A DNA stretch of 61,472 nucleotides from assembly GCA_900088475.1 (NCBI GenBank), contig FLMG01003939.1, positions 1 through 61,472 on the forward strand, read 5' to 3'. Both the position numbers and the translations under genes were made by a program. Every line of letters begins with the position of its first letter. Positions within the stretch are counted from its first letter, which is position 1. Below are positions 1 to 11,278 of this stretch, in pieces. The notes beneath the pieces are model-generated. The model did not search any database. It was not told the DNA's origin and saw only the letters and a program-made list of their open reading frames with translations. This DNA is from Hyphochytrium catenoides. Lineage: Eukaryota > Protista > Hyphochytriomycota.

Positions 1-643
1 CTACCTCGTGCTACCAAAAAAAAGTCTCGATGGGAACGGCCCTAAGATACGTTCTCACAGACGAAAGAGGATTCGTCATCAAGGAGCGCAAGTCGTCAGG
101 AGAGAGTGGGTGCCGCCAATAATAATATCAACAAATTCTACACACACACGAGCTGACTCGTCCAACAGCAGGCACTCACGTGTAATAAGACTAATAATAG
201 AGATTCGAAGGCAAACCAGTTACGAGTACCCCACTCAAGAGAGTAGATTATATAATGCTTGAGAGTAGTGTTACTGTACTTGAAGGCTGAGAGCGCTCAA
301 CCACTGAACGACAGAAGAAAAGCGTTGGAATAATGGAGTACATACCGTTATTAGATGACGAAACAGTACCAATCCCTCGAGCTACGCAACCCGAGACTCA
401 AACCCGAATAACACACTTAGAGACCACAATCATAAATTCGCAAACTTCCAAGACAAGCCTATCTCTTCCTAAATCATCCTGTAAAGTAATAGCTAAAGTA
501 ATACTCCATATCAGAGTGAAATTCACCTTTACAAGGACCCAATGGTGAAAAATGAATGTGAACAATTGAATCATACAATTTAGCTTGAACTATAAAATTC
601 ACTCTAGAAGCGTAACTCTCTCAATGAAAATGATGAAGAGCAG

Positions 644-800
644 TGAGAGAGAGAAAAGGAGAGAGAGAGAGAGAGGAAGAAAGAGAGAAAGAGAGGGGAG
701 GGAACAAAAGAGAGAGAAGAGAGGAAGGAGGAGAGAAGAGAAGAAAAGGAGAGAGGAGGAGAGAGAGAGACAGAGAGAGACAGAGAGAGAGAGAAAGAGA
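644..800. repeat. (GA)n-rich microsatellite
   Basis: Purine tract seen directly. Confidence 0.9.
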
Positions 801-1141
801 CAACCACAAGGAGCATTGTTCATAGTTGGTCAGCCATAATAAAACTTCCACAACCAGGATTTGGCTCGGTGGCACCAGATATCCTCCAGGACTCAGGGCT
901 GTTTTGATTCAAGTACAGTAGGCTGCTGCACGCCAATTCCTGCCAATTATCATGTAATTCCACAATGAGTGATAAGAAATGTCAATAATGTGAATATGTA
1001 GCTTCTTTGACAGCCCAGCCCACCATATTTGACAGAAAATTCACCATTCCTCGGCTATTCATTGGTAAAGTCCGAAACAGACACAGGAACAACAAACAGC
1101 AAAACACTGAAAGGGCACACACAGAGAATCTGTCAGTGTCA

Positions 1142-1803
1142 ATGAGTGACAGGCCGATGGATGCAGATGAGAAGCTCTCCGAGGGAGTTATGAAAGCTCT
1201 GTCATTGCAGACTTGGCAGGCGCCGACCCCCAGCGCTCGAGTCCGTGTATGAGCTGCTCTACTTTCAACGACCACTAGTGATTCCCCGGCCCAAAAGAGA
1301 TGCATCAGGAAGACAAAGCTCCTGATAAGGGCATCACGGAGGGCGTTGTAGAGGCCTTAAAGGTTCAAGGCAATCCGACGACCACTAAGCCAGAGGCTGT
1401 CCCATCAGATCACCCTAGAACAGATGAGCTTTATTCAAAGAGCAAACTGCACCTAGCTGAACAGATGAAGCCGGTGCTTCTGGAAGCTATAGAAGCTCTG
1501 GTCCGAGAAGTCAAGCTTCAGAATGCCGCCTCGCAGACGAGTAGCGCACAAGGCAACCAGGAGAAGTCGCAGCATAATGACTCCAGTCAAGAGCAAGCGG
1601 TAAGTAACGCCAGCTCCTTAGAGCTCAGCCGAACAAAGGACGAAGGGGCACAACCTGATAATCAGGAGCCAACCCAAAATGATGGACAAGACACCAAAGC
1701 GGTAGAGCCCACTACAGGGGAAAAGGCCAGAAAGTTTGATCCCCTGCTGTTCTTAGCAGACTACCTCTCAGCCCATAACCCCAAAAATACAGGCACAAAG
1801 TAG
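1142..1803 (+). CDS. Dpy-30/RIIa-like dimerisation-docking motif protein with a low-complexity insertion
   Basis: ORF 1300-1803 has 'HLAEQMKPVLLEAIEALVRE' and a C-terminal 'FDPLLFLADYLSAHNP', the two halves of a Dpy-30-type motif. A probable first exon starts at ATG 1142 and joins via a GT-AG intron at about 1247-1308. Confidence 0.55.
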
Positions 1804-1810
1804 TTACCCT

Positions 1811-3814
1811 CTATTTCTCTTTCTTCCTATCACGAGGTCGTCCTCCCTTCGTCTTGGTCCTTCCGCTTTTGTCTGGGCTCTCAGAGAAGCAGCCCGCTCT
1901 GGTCACTTCTGTTGTCCACCTCAATACTTCTTTGAAATTGTGAACGACGCCGCGGCTGTACGGGTTAGAATTGATCTCTGACTTTGAGATCACTTCCCTC
2001 TCAAGCTCCTCTATCTGAAGTTCGGCTAAGGACTTGGCTGGTATGATACTCTCGTGAAGAAGGTCCTCCTTTTCTTGGATTAGGCCACCCCAAGAGGTGT
2101 CTAAACGAGGCCTTCGTCTAAATGCCTCTTTGGCCCGTTGCAGCTCCTGCTGAAGCTGGTATTGCTCACTGTGGAAACGATCCCGCTTTATGTTCTCCCA
2201 CGTTGTCTCGTTCTTTAGAGCTTGCCTCAAATGATACGCCAGGAGAAGGGCAAAGTAGAGTAATGCGGCCACGTCTAGTACGCTGAAGAACAGAAAAGCT
2301 CGATTGCTGTGGCTCTGGTAGGGAAAGGAGAAGCAAGATGATGTCATTTTCAGGGCGCTCACTTTGCTCATTCCCTCTCGCCTCAGGTGTCCTGCTATTT
2401 CTAGACAACTTCTTTGCCTTTGTCTGTAGGCTAGCAATCGCACTCCTCCTAAAAGCGCTGCAGCTTCTTCTTACCTCAAGAAAACGATCCACAGCCATCG
2501 ATATATGTTCTCTGACCTCTTTGGCACCGACGTCGTCCTTGTGGATGCCTTGAGGCAGTGGTACCTGTATCACCAAGGTTGGCAGAAAGGAGCAGTGATC
2601 ACCTCACCAGCAGCGCTGTTTGACCTCTAAAACTCGCTTTACCTGTCGGCTGATAACCGTCATGATTCTAATGACTCCATAACTAAGCAATATAACGTGT
2701 GACCAGAGAAAGGCCAAGAAGTACCGGATGTTCTGATGCCCAATGCAGCGGTTCAACCAGACTAGCGAATAAGGTGCGGCGTGAGAGAGAGAACCAGTCA
2801 GCTGAAAGGAGTTAAGTGGTTCAAATTCGCCGATGGCCCAGAAGCTAGAATACCTACTGCAATGGTGGTCAGCTCGCGCTACGCAGTGGCCGCATATGGA
2901 GCAGTGCTTTGACCGGGCTATCCTGGAGTTGTAAGGTTTACGTAGGGAGAGAAATAATAGAGTAAGAAATATCACCAGGGAGCAAGACTGAGAAAGAGAC
3001 ACGCAGAGCGTGGAAGTTTGTAAGAGGAAGGGAGTCTGGAAGGAGAAGAGGAGAAAGACAAGGCTCCAATGTAGGAGCCAAACATCAAGTTCTCTTGGAA
3101 AGCGCGATCCTTACTTGGGTAGATGGCAGGTTCTGCAATTATTTCCCGCAGGAAAAAGCACTCTATGCGGAGGGAAAATGTCCAAATAGCCTACATTGGC
3201 TAGTAAACAGGTAAGACTCAGTCATTGATATTAAAGCGCAGAGCAAGCATGACCTCTACCTGCAGTCAAGAAGCCCGGATCTGTTACAGAGCAGGCGTAG
3301 AAAGAGAAAAAGCAGGAGAGCAGTAGTGCATATTCCCGCACCCTGAAGCAAGAGAAAAAGGGTGAGCCCGTTGAGCCAATGGATTTCAAAAGAGAAGGAA
3401 AGGGATCAACGTAGAGCTGCATGAGATCCTATAACACTGAAATATTGTAGGGGGAGAGGATGCCGATAGCTTAATTGACAAAGAAGATGGGACAGATTCC
3501 TGACACCGATAGAGCTGCATCAAGGGGGAAACAAGAACGCCCCCTTCCAACATTACCCTGAAAAGATACCGTAGCGGTTTGATTCCCACTCAACCACTAG
3601 AAAGCCGGGGTAGAGCAGGACCAGGTAAAGAAGCTGTTTCGCAAGCAACGGATTAGCTGAGCCATTCTCCGGCAATAGTCAAATCTAGAGCCGTCACCTG
3701 AAAGCCTGGGTGTTTCGTGTTGAAGACAGCATTATAGAGTCCTAATACTCCGCGCCAAGTCCATTGGGACGCCTTCTTCAGTGGTGATGTCAAGGACAAG
3801 ACCCTGCTTTTCAT
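1811..3814 (-). CDS. DHHC palmitoyltransferase (Swf1/ZDHHC4-like), multi-exon
   Basis: Spliced motifs RSKHCSICGHCVARADHHC|IWLNRCIGHQNIRYFLAFL, ACSVTDPG, TTWE and NPYSRGVVHNFKEVL. N-terminal 'NTKHPGFQ|LLYLVL'. Start ATG 3814 is tentative. Confidence 0.9.
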
Positions 3815-4604
3815 TGTCCAGAATCAGGAGCTACAAGGTCACAGGAAGGCTTTCAACATAAGCAGTAGCGCTCTACTCGTCTCTCTCGGCACCATCCCCC
3901 ATTGTTGAGACGCAAGTCGCAGCTGACTAGTCTCGAGGGCGATGAACTGCGCTGTAGATAGATAGGAACTGCATCACCCTACTGAGAGGGCTTGAGGAGA
4001 GGAGCATGTTTCCAATAAGATCGATTCTAGAGTTCATTCATTCAAGATCTCTGAAACAATCTGGAGCTTCGTTAATGGTGTGCGATGTTTACTCGCTGTT
4101 TATGTGTCAGCTGTCCATACTAAGCGTTTACCGTTACTCGCTAGCGCTCTTATCCGAAACCCTTACGGCATTATTCCGGATGCAGTTTGCCCTCAACCTT
4201 GTATCTTGTAGTAATATGCCGCGTTAGATTTGGCAGAACCTCCGCAAGTAATGGATACTAAATCTGCACTAGGATTACCTCTACATCTAGTGAGAGTCCG
4301 CTATTTCATATACCATTCTAATGGTTGAGACACCAGACCTCAAGCCCAAGATATCGGATGTGAGGACGGTTAGCGGCTAGTAGGATCTGGGAGCAGAAGC
4401 TCAAGAGGTGAAGCAGAAGGAATTCATCTTCATCAGCAGTCATCGGAGATCATGTCTCCATCTGAAGCCACATCTGCAGATTTTCTCCATAGCCTGGGCA
4501 ACCAAACTTACGTTATTCATTCCTATACATCTTATACCCCATAAGGTCCCAGGGATATACAACCAGCCTGCCTATTCCTGCATAAAGTTTGAAGAACCGT
4601 AAGA

Positions 4605-5667
4605 ATGGCTGACGCAAATTACTCCTTCTCCTTGACGACCTTTAGTCCTAGCGGCAAGCTTCTGCAGATTGAGTATGCACTCAATGCGGTGTACAAGGGA
4701 AGAACTGCTCTGGGAATTAGAGGTAAGGTTGAGATGGTGTCATTCAGCATCTCAATGGTTGATAATATGGTCTCGTAGCTACAAATGGTGTCGTTATCGC
4801 CACTGAGAAGAAAATGAGCACGATTCTCATGGATGAAGACTCTGTAGAGAAGATCGTCCCCCTCACAAAGAACATAGGCCTTGTACACAGCGGCATTTCA
4901 CCTGACTACCGAGTCCTAGTAAGGAAGGCGCGGAAGAAGGCACAATCCTACTACCTTCAGTACAAGGTACGGTCCTTAGTTTCGAATTTGATTGACCTTG
5001 GTCCGCCCTGATAGTTCCCGTACTGGCATCACAGGAAGAGGTGCCAACCAACATTCTGGTCAGGGATATTGCTGCAGTTATGCAGGAGTACACTCAGTCG
5101 GGTGGTGTACGTCCGTTTGGCGTATCTGTCCTTCTGGCTGGATATGATGCCGATGGGCCACAGCTGTATCAGATTGACCCATCAGGCGCCTATTTTGGTT
5201 GGAAGGCCACTGCTATTGGCAAAGATCATATTGAGTCGAAAACCTTCTTAGAAAAGGTATGCTGTACGACTATCTTAGCTCTTTCTCGCTTTCTAACTGA
5301 GCCTCAATATGGTATGCTGACCCACATGCGGTAACTTCACCCCTCCCCAGCGATACACTGAGGACTTTGATATTGAGGATGCCATTCATATGGCTCTGAA
5401 GACGTTGAAGGACTCGTTCGAGGGAGAGGTAGAAGTTGTCAATTCTTGTCAATCCATCCTTCTTGCTAACTAGCACACTCGAATCCTAGATGAATGAGCA
5501 TAACATTGAGGTCGGAGTGATTGGAAAGGATCATGTCTTTCGTATATTGAAGCCTGCAGAGGTAAGCCATACTGCTCCCTGCTCCTATTCGGAGACTTTA
5601 TCCCTTGCTGAAGTACTCATTTTGCCTATTACCTTAGGTCCGAGACTATTTGGATGAGACAGAGTAG
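4605..5667 (+). CDS. PSMA2: 20S proteasome subunit alpha type 2, 6 exons
   Basis: [59 protein letters not shown], ending VRDYLDETE*. Five short GT-AG introns. Confidence 0.97.
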
Positions 5668-5759
5668 CTGAGTTTTTTCAAGCAGGATACTTTCGACCCT
5701 ATAATTTACTGTTTGTTCACTTCTCACAACTGAGCTACCTAACCGCTGTAAGGTGAAAG

Positions 5760-6356
5760 CTATAGATAAAGTGGGTGGATGCTTGATAGCTTAAGCCGCC
5801 GACTGCAGAGAGGACACTTGCCAGTAGTCCGGACAGCCGCTGTGATGCAGGGAGGACAGTAGACATGTCCACATATTGTGGACGCCATGCTGTGTTTAAG
5901 CTCTTCCAAGCAGATACTGCATTCTATAGGCTTCCGGCCCTCCCTCACAGGCGGTAAAGATGCCCTTTGAACAACAGGCATCGTTGTTGCGGCTTTCTTC
6001 ACCTCCTCCTGCCGTGGCCTTTTCTTGCTTCTGTCGGAAGCGACTCCAATAACCTGATTGGTGACTGCTTGGATAGGGATAGACTCAGTCGCCGCTACCT
6101 CAAGCACTACGACTTCATCATTAGATTCTCCTGCATCTGGATCCTGTCTCTGCCGTTTTCGTCCCCGTCTTCTGCCTAACGCGGAGATTGGTAGAGCCTC
6201 CACATCGATCACCTCGTCGCCTGGAGAGTCCGAGATTGTAGAGGGTGTATTTTGTGGTACGCTCTTATTTGAAGGACTTCTTGTCTGGCTCTCCTCATCC
6301 TCGTCAACGACAAAAACCTCAAAGCTCACATCATCGAGAGACTCCGGCCCACTCAT
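5760..6356 (-). CDS. RNF4-like SUMO-targeted E3 ubiquitin ligase (SIMs plus C-terminal C3HC4 RING)
   Basis: C-terminal CSICLEE...STICGHVYCPPCI...KCPLCSRRL..IHPLYL. SIM-like motifs EVFVVDEDEE, EVIDVE and EVVVLEV. First ATG at 6356; the frame is open to 6464. Confidence 0.85.
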   Translation of the reverse strand: MSGPESLDDVSFEVFVVDEDEESQTRSPSNKSVPQNTPSTISDSPGDEVIDVEALPISALGRRRGRKRQRQDPDAGESNDEVVVLEVAATESIPIQAVTNQVIGVASDRSKKRPRQEEVKKAATTMPVVQRASLPPVREGRKPIECSICLEELKHSMASTICGHVYCPPCITAAVRTTGKCPLCSRRLKLSSIHPLYL

Positions 6357-7014
6357 CTTGAAGTCAAGTCCTTCGCCACTAGGTAGTTCTCGGCAAGAGT
6401 AGCTGTCCGAGTCTATTCCGTCATAATGGATGTCCCCGAGCCGCTCGAAAGTAGTCCGTCCCAACGTTTCCTAAACAGCCACGGCTATTGAGATTGAAAC
6501 TAGTATGTGTCCAACAGTTTGCGGACACGTACAATTCCTCCGTCCTAATAAGAAAGTAACGACACTGCTCGACAGCGATGGTATCAAAGAGTCCAACCTC
6601 TTGCTATGAATAACGCACTTCGACCGTCACGGAAGCACCAACAGGGCAAACAGAGCACTGACTTCGAACCAAAACAGCGGTATTCGCCGCATTCAAATGT
6701 GGGATGTTGGAGCGCGCGAAGAAGCAAGAGGCAGGCAACAGGCCATCAATGAAGCTCCACATCTGATTACTGATATACACACTACATACGGTTATCACAG
6801 GGGATAGTATTCTTATGGCTGATTTGATTTTTCCTGTTCAGAACCGTCGAGACGAAGCGTCACTTGTGAGTTGAGGCACTTGATGCGAACTGTGTCCTCT
6901 TTAAGAAGGTTAGAAGGGAAAGAAAGGGGTGATCTCAAGTTAGTGGCTCTTATAGGCAGGGCCCGAAGGCTAAGAAACGGCGCGATCCTTTGCTCCTTTA
7001 TGTAAGTACTGCAT

Positions 7015-7015
7015 T

Positions 7016-7049
<34 letters not shown>

Positions 7050-7072
7050 NNNNNNNNNNNNNNNNNNNNNNC

Positions 7073-7112
<40 letters not shown>

Positions 7113-7146
7113 TCTCTCTCTCTCTCTGTGTCGTAATCTCTCTCTT
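7015..7146. repeat. (CT)n microsatellite containing an assembly gap
   Basis: CT runs flank N 7050-7071. Confidence 0.95.
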
Positions 7147-7680
7147 TGCGTGCAAGCATGTGTGCTCTCTTTCTCGTCCTCTATCTGTGCAGCTATCAAC
7201 CCTCACTCCTCAAAACCTTCGTTCCCTTCGTGTCTCTCTTCTCTCGTGCTCTGTCTCTCTGTGTGAGTTTACTCTGCAGGTCATTCATTCCTTCTGTCTC
7301 GCCCTCTGACTTTGTTTCCTGTCCCTTTAGGGGATATTCTACACCTGTCTATCCCATCTTCACAGCGCCCTTCCGTCTCTCCCAGCTCAGTGCCCCTAGC
7401 TCTCCCCTTGCTCCTTACGCTTCTCCTCGACCTAGGAAGATGTAAGGGACACAAGCCCCAGCATGGACAGCGCGGGCCATCCTGGCATTAAACCGGTGCA
7501 GGCCCGGCTTGATAGATAGCCGACTTTAGTGAGACTGGGACTCCGCCTCCCCAATGGCATAGCCGGCCTGTCGCTTTAGAAGACAAGGGCCCGGACACAC
7601 GTCTTCTTATCTAAACTCAGCGCTCGGGCTGAGCTGGGAATGATCACTATGGAGATGTAGAGCTGAGGGAAGGGCTTGAG

Positions 7681-9470
7681 ATGGCAGCCTATCGAAAAAG
7701 CGGCTCGAAGGAGAGCAGAGGAAACCTCATCTCTGTCTGGTAATCATCCGCCATCACATGATTCTCCTTTCATATTGGGCCACATTTAACAGTGAACGGT
7801 CTGCAGGGTCATTGTCAATGAGGAGAATCGCTATCAGATTGAGTGTGAACCCAGCGCCTCTGCCTCTTGGCTCATCACTGAGGTCATCCGCCGCTATGAG
7901 GAAAAGACCAATGGTGCCGATCCGGGTATCGTTGGCATCTACAATCAGACGTTAGGGAAAGAGGTCGACCTGTGTGATCCCATCGGGGCGAGCATCCGTC
8001 ATGGCGACACCCTGGTAGCTTCCATACAGCACGAAAATGTCATGACAGCAGTGATCCTTACAAGGTAAAGCCGCTAACACCTTCAGCCTGAGGCAGCAGT
8101 CATTTGAATAGCATAACGATCGGGTTCATAGGGTGGTGGTGGGCATTTCCACATATGACATGGCCCTTCAAAGCAATGACCCGGTCCAGAAGCTTTTGAG
8201 AGAGGTCACCAACAGGTAAATGTGATAGAGGATCACTATGGAAGAGCTCACAACGGCTACCTCTCCTTCTACTGCTGCAAAAGCGAAGAGAGTGCCTCTG
8301 GCTTGCTTCCTCTGTCCCTTTGCTGCTCTTTCCACATCCTTGGTTACTCAATAGCCGCTTGCTATGACGACAGGTATTATGCCGAACATGTGGACTCGGA
8401 CCCTGGCATTATTGGACTCTGGAACTCGACGCAGCTGCGGAGTAAGTAGTGCGCCCCTCCTCCCCTTCCACATCCCCGTTTCCCTACTCTTTCCCATCAG
8501 GTGCTCATCCGCGTCGACATGCTAATCTTCGAACGTCCTAGGAGTCAGTCTCGCGGGGACTGTGGGGGATTCCCTTAGATCGGGGGACGTGTTACAGGCT
8601 GTCACCGTGAGGAACGAGCATTTATTTAGACGAGCGTAAGGAAGATAGAGCCGCTTCAGATCCTTCCGCTCATCTACTCCCCGCTTCTCACAGTCCATCT
8701 TTCGCGACAGTGTCTCTAGTGAGTTCTCATCGCAGTTGCCACACTGTCTTTAAAGCCCGCTTCGATGTCTGATGCCCCTGCTTTCTTCGTTTCCCAAGTT
8801 GCTATTTCTTTTTCTCGAATCACGCTGTCTTTGGCGAGTTCCGCCTCACGAGCTAGGCCCTAACCTCGCATTAACCCTATTCAGAGGCATTCACCGATCC
8901 GCTGATAGGGAGCTCTCAGCCAGTGACAAAACGTCCACCTCGTCGTCCGCCCGGACCATAGAGCTGGTCACGGACGAGTCTATGAGCCTGAACTCGCAGA
9001 CCTTGGTCACACCGCCTGCGGTCTATCCAAGCTACGACTCTGTCTCTAGTTCTCCTCGCCACAAAGTTGCCATCGAGGCCTACAAGAGACTTGAGCAACT
9101 CAAGGCTGCACAGTCAGCTACTCAAGCGCATGCTCCTGAAGAAATCGTCTTAGTCGACGTCTCTCCGCAAGCTGTATTAAGGGCAAGGAGTTTGCAGGGA
9201 GAGAGCAATAATTCTACACCGCCACCTATTCCTTTGAATGCAGAAAGGGCTGAGCTTCAAGTTCATAGCAGCAGACCACCTGCCAAGGAAGAGAAAGCGA
9301 ATAACTCTATCCCGGCGGCTCCTAAAAGGAGAGGAGGCTTCCTTCTCTGTGCCTGCTGCTGCCCGGGGCCATTGGCGCACCCGAATGACCCTTTAGAGGA
9401 CGAAGGCAGCGCTAAAGTGGCGCAGCTTAGTGCTCCACTGCTAGTGGAGAACGAAGTCGTGTATCTTTAG
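7681..9470 (+). CDS. Uncharacterised protein: two tandem ubiquitin-like (beta-grasp-pattern) repeats, a disordered tail and a Cys cluster
   Basis: Phase-compatible GT-AG exons from ATG 7681. Internal duplication (RRYEEKTNGADPGIVGIYN...IGASIRHGDTLVA vs NRYYAEHVDSDPGIIGLWN...VGDSLRSGDVLQA). The last exon is ORF 8772-9470 with KRRGGFLLCACCCP. Confidence 0.7.
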
Positions 9471-10479
9471 GCGTTGTCAATAGCAATAATATTGACGTTC
9501 AGTTGTCTGTCTCTCATCTTCTTCTGCCTTTCCTCCCCAGTCAGACTCACCCGTTGGCTCTCTGCGCCTTCCCCTCTTAGATAATATGGAGATCCTATGG
9601 TTAATGGAGTACATCTCACTTTTGTCGTGAGCCTACTCAAAGTGTGGTGTGCAGCACCTTGGGGAGGAGGAGAAGAGAAAGGAAGGCGGAAGAGAGAATA
9701 TTAAGAAGAGGAGGAAGCGGCCAGACCAATGGAGAGAAACATCGGCAGAAAGACATTGACTTGATGAGACGGAGAGAAGGGATACAAGGCACTCCCCATA
9801 CCAAACAAGCCTAACGACAATGGGGGCAAGGAAGACCGAGAAAGCACGCTCATCTAAGAGTTACAAGCACTTGGACCTGTCTGAAGCTCTTTAGAAATAG
9901 GCCTGTCTATCAGGTTATCCAAAGCAGGCCCTTCGTCTTTCCACTATTGAGAGTGGTTGTTCGTGATAGCCATCATCCCTTTATAACCTTTTCTTAGGTT
10001 GACAGTTTGGGAAGCCTGTAAGCTTGGCTAGGTCGACTCAGCTCACAGAATAACGTCGACTTTCTACGTCCCTAGTTCCTACCCGCTCTATCGTGCCGGT
10101 CCATCAAACGGTATATATAGTTGTTTTCTCTGTCAAACTTCGCTCTTGTTTACCTGCATACACTTCTAATAACCGCCGATCTAGATGGAACTCTTTCTCC
10201 TTCCTCTCATGAAAATGCTGTCTGCTGCTATCGTTCAGACGTCCAGTGTAGGTTACTGAACTAAATCTTGGACGAGAAGAACCCCGCCGAACACCAGGAA
10301 CCAGGACATTCCTTGCTCGTCAGCTGCAAGAGAAGATCCCTCTGCTGTCACTCTCTGCTGTCGCCACCTCAACCAGCGTGGCGCTTCCATTCGTCACCAT
10401 CAGGAGAGACACTCGCATCCAGAGGGACAGAGCCAGCAACAACCGAGAACGAGAAAGAGGTTGGGGAGAGAGTAAATAA

Positions 10480-10541
10480 AAGAGCGAGAGAGCGTCATAG
10501 AGAGAGAGAGTGAGACAGAGTGAGAGAGAGGAGAGAGAACA

Positions 10542-10576
<35 letters not shown>

Positions 10577-10577
10577 G

Positions 10578-10614
<37 letters not shown>
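10480..10614. repeat. (GA)n microsatellite
   Basis: Seen directly. Confidence 0.95.
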
Positions 10615-10617
<3 letters not shown>

Positions 10618-11278
10618 TGCTGCATGTTAGACCTTCCTTCAAGTTCGTGGTTGAAGTTCTTCCAGGTTCGGCAGCGTCTGGGACCTTGGCCCTTCCCAGC
10701 CCGTCCCTTTTTATTTCTACTCCTTGTTCCTCTGATGACTCAAGGAGAAGAGGTGTGGTTATAAACCTTATAATCCCTAGTTTATAGAAGGCGAAAGGGC
10801 GATTGAGTTTCTGTCAAGAGAACAGCCCAAGAAGAAAAAGCTGAGAAAAATCTTCTCGATAGCTCCAGACACACCCTCCACTTCAGCTCGTGGGTTTGTT
10901 TCCACTGAAGGATTTAGAAAGTTATTCCTTTGCTGCTTTTAGGATAGGAAACCTTGACTAAAGTGGTTGAAGCTTTGAGGTTGGAAAGATTCGGGGTAGT
11001 GGTCATTGTGATGGGTGGTTCCTAACAGTCTTTAGGATACCCTGCAGGCACTCTCTTCCTCTCTTCCTNNNNNNNNNNNNNNNNNNNNNNNNNNNNNNNN
11101 NNNNNNNNNNNNNNNNNNNNGTCCTCTCCTGGCAGGGCTCACAACTCAACTAGAGACTTCGAGCACAGCCCCAACCTGCCTCGACGACAGAGAGAGAAGA
11201 ACTCGCAACAACCACGAAAGAAGACTCTTTGTCCCTGTACGGAACAATGATCACCGCAGCCATGAAGCACAACATGAG

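Noticed and set aside
1-580. AT-richer segment with short ORFs, a possible transposon relic
   Set aside because: No RT, integrase or transposase motifs, LTRs or terminal inverted repeats are recognisable.
6505-6560. Plus-strand 'TVCGHVQ' resembling the RING 'TICGHVY' motif
   Set aside because: Too short, with no other RING ligands in frame; probably chance.
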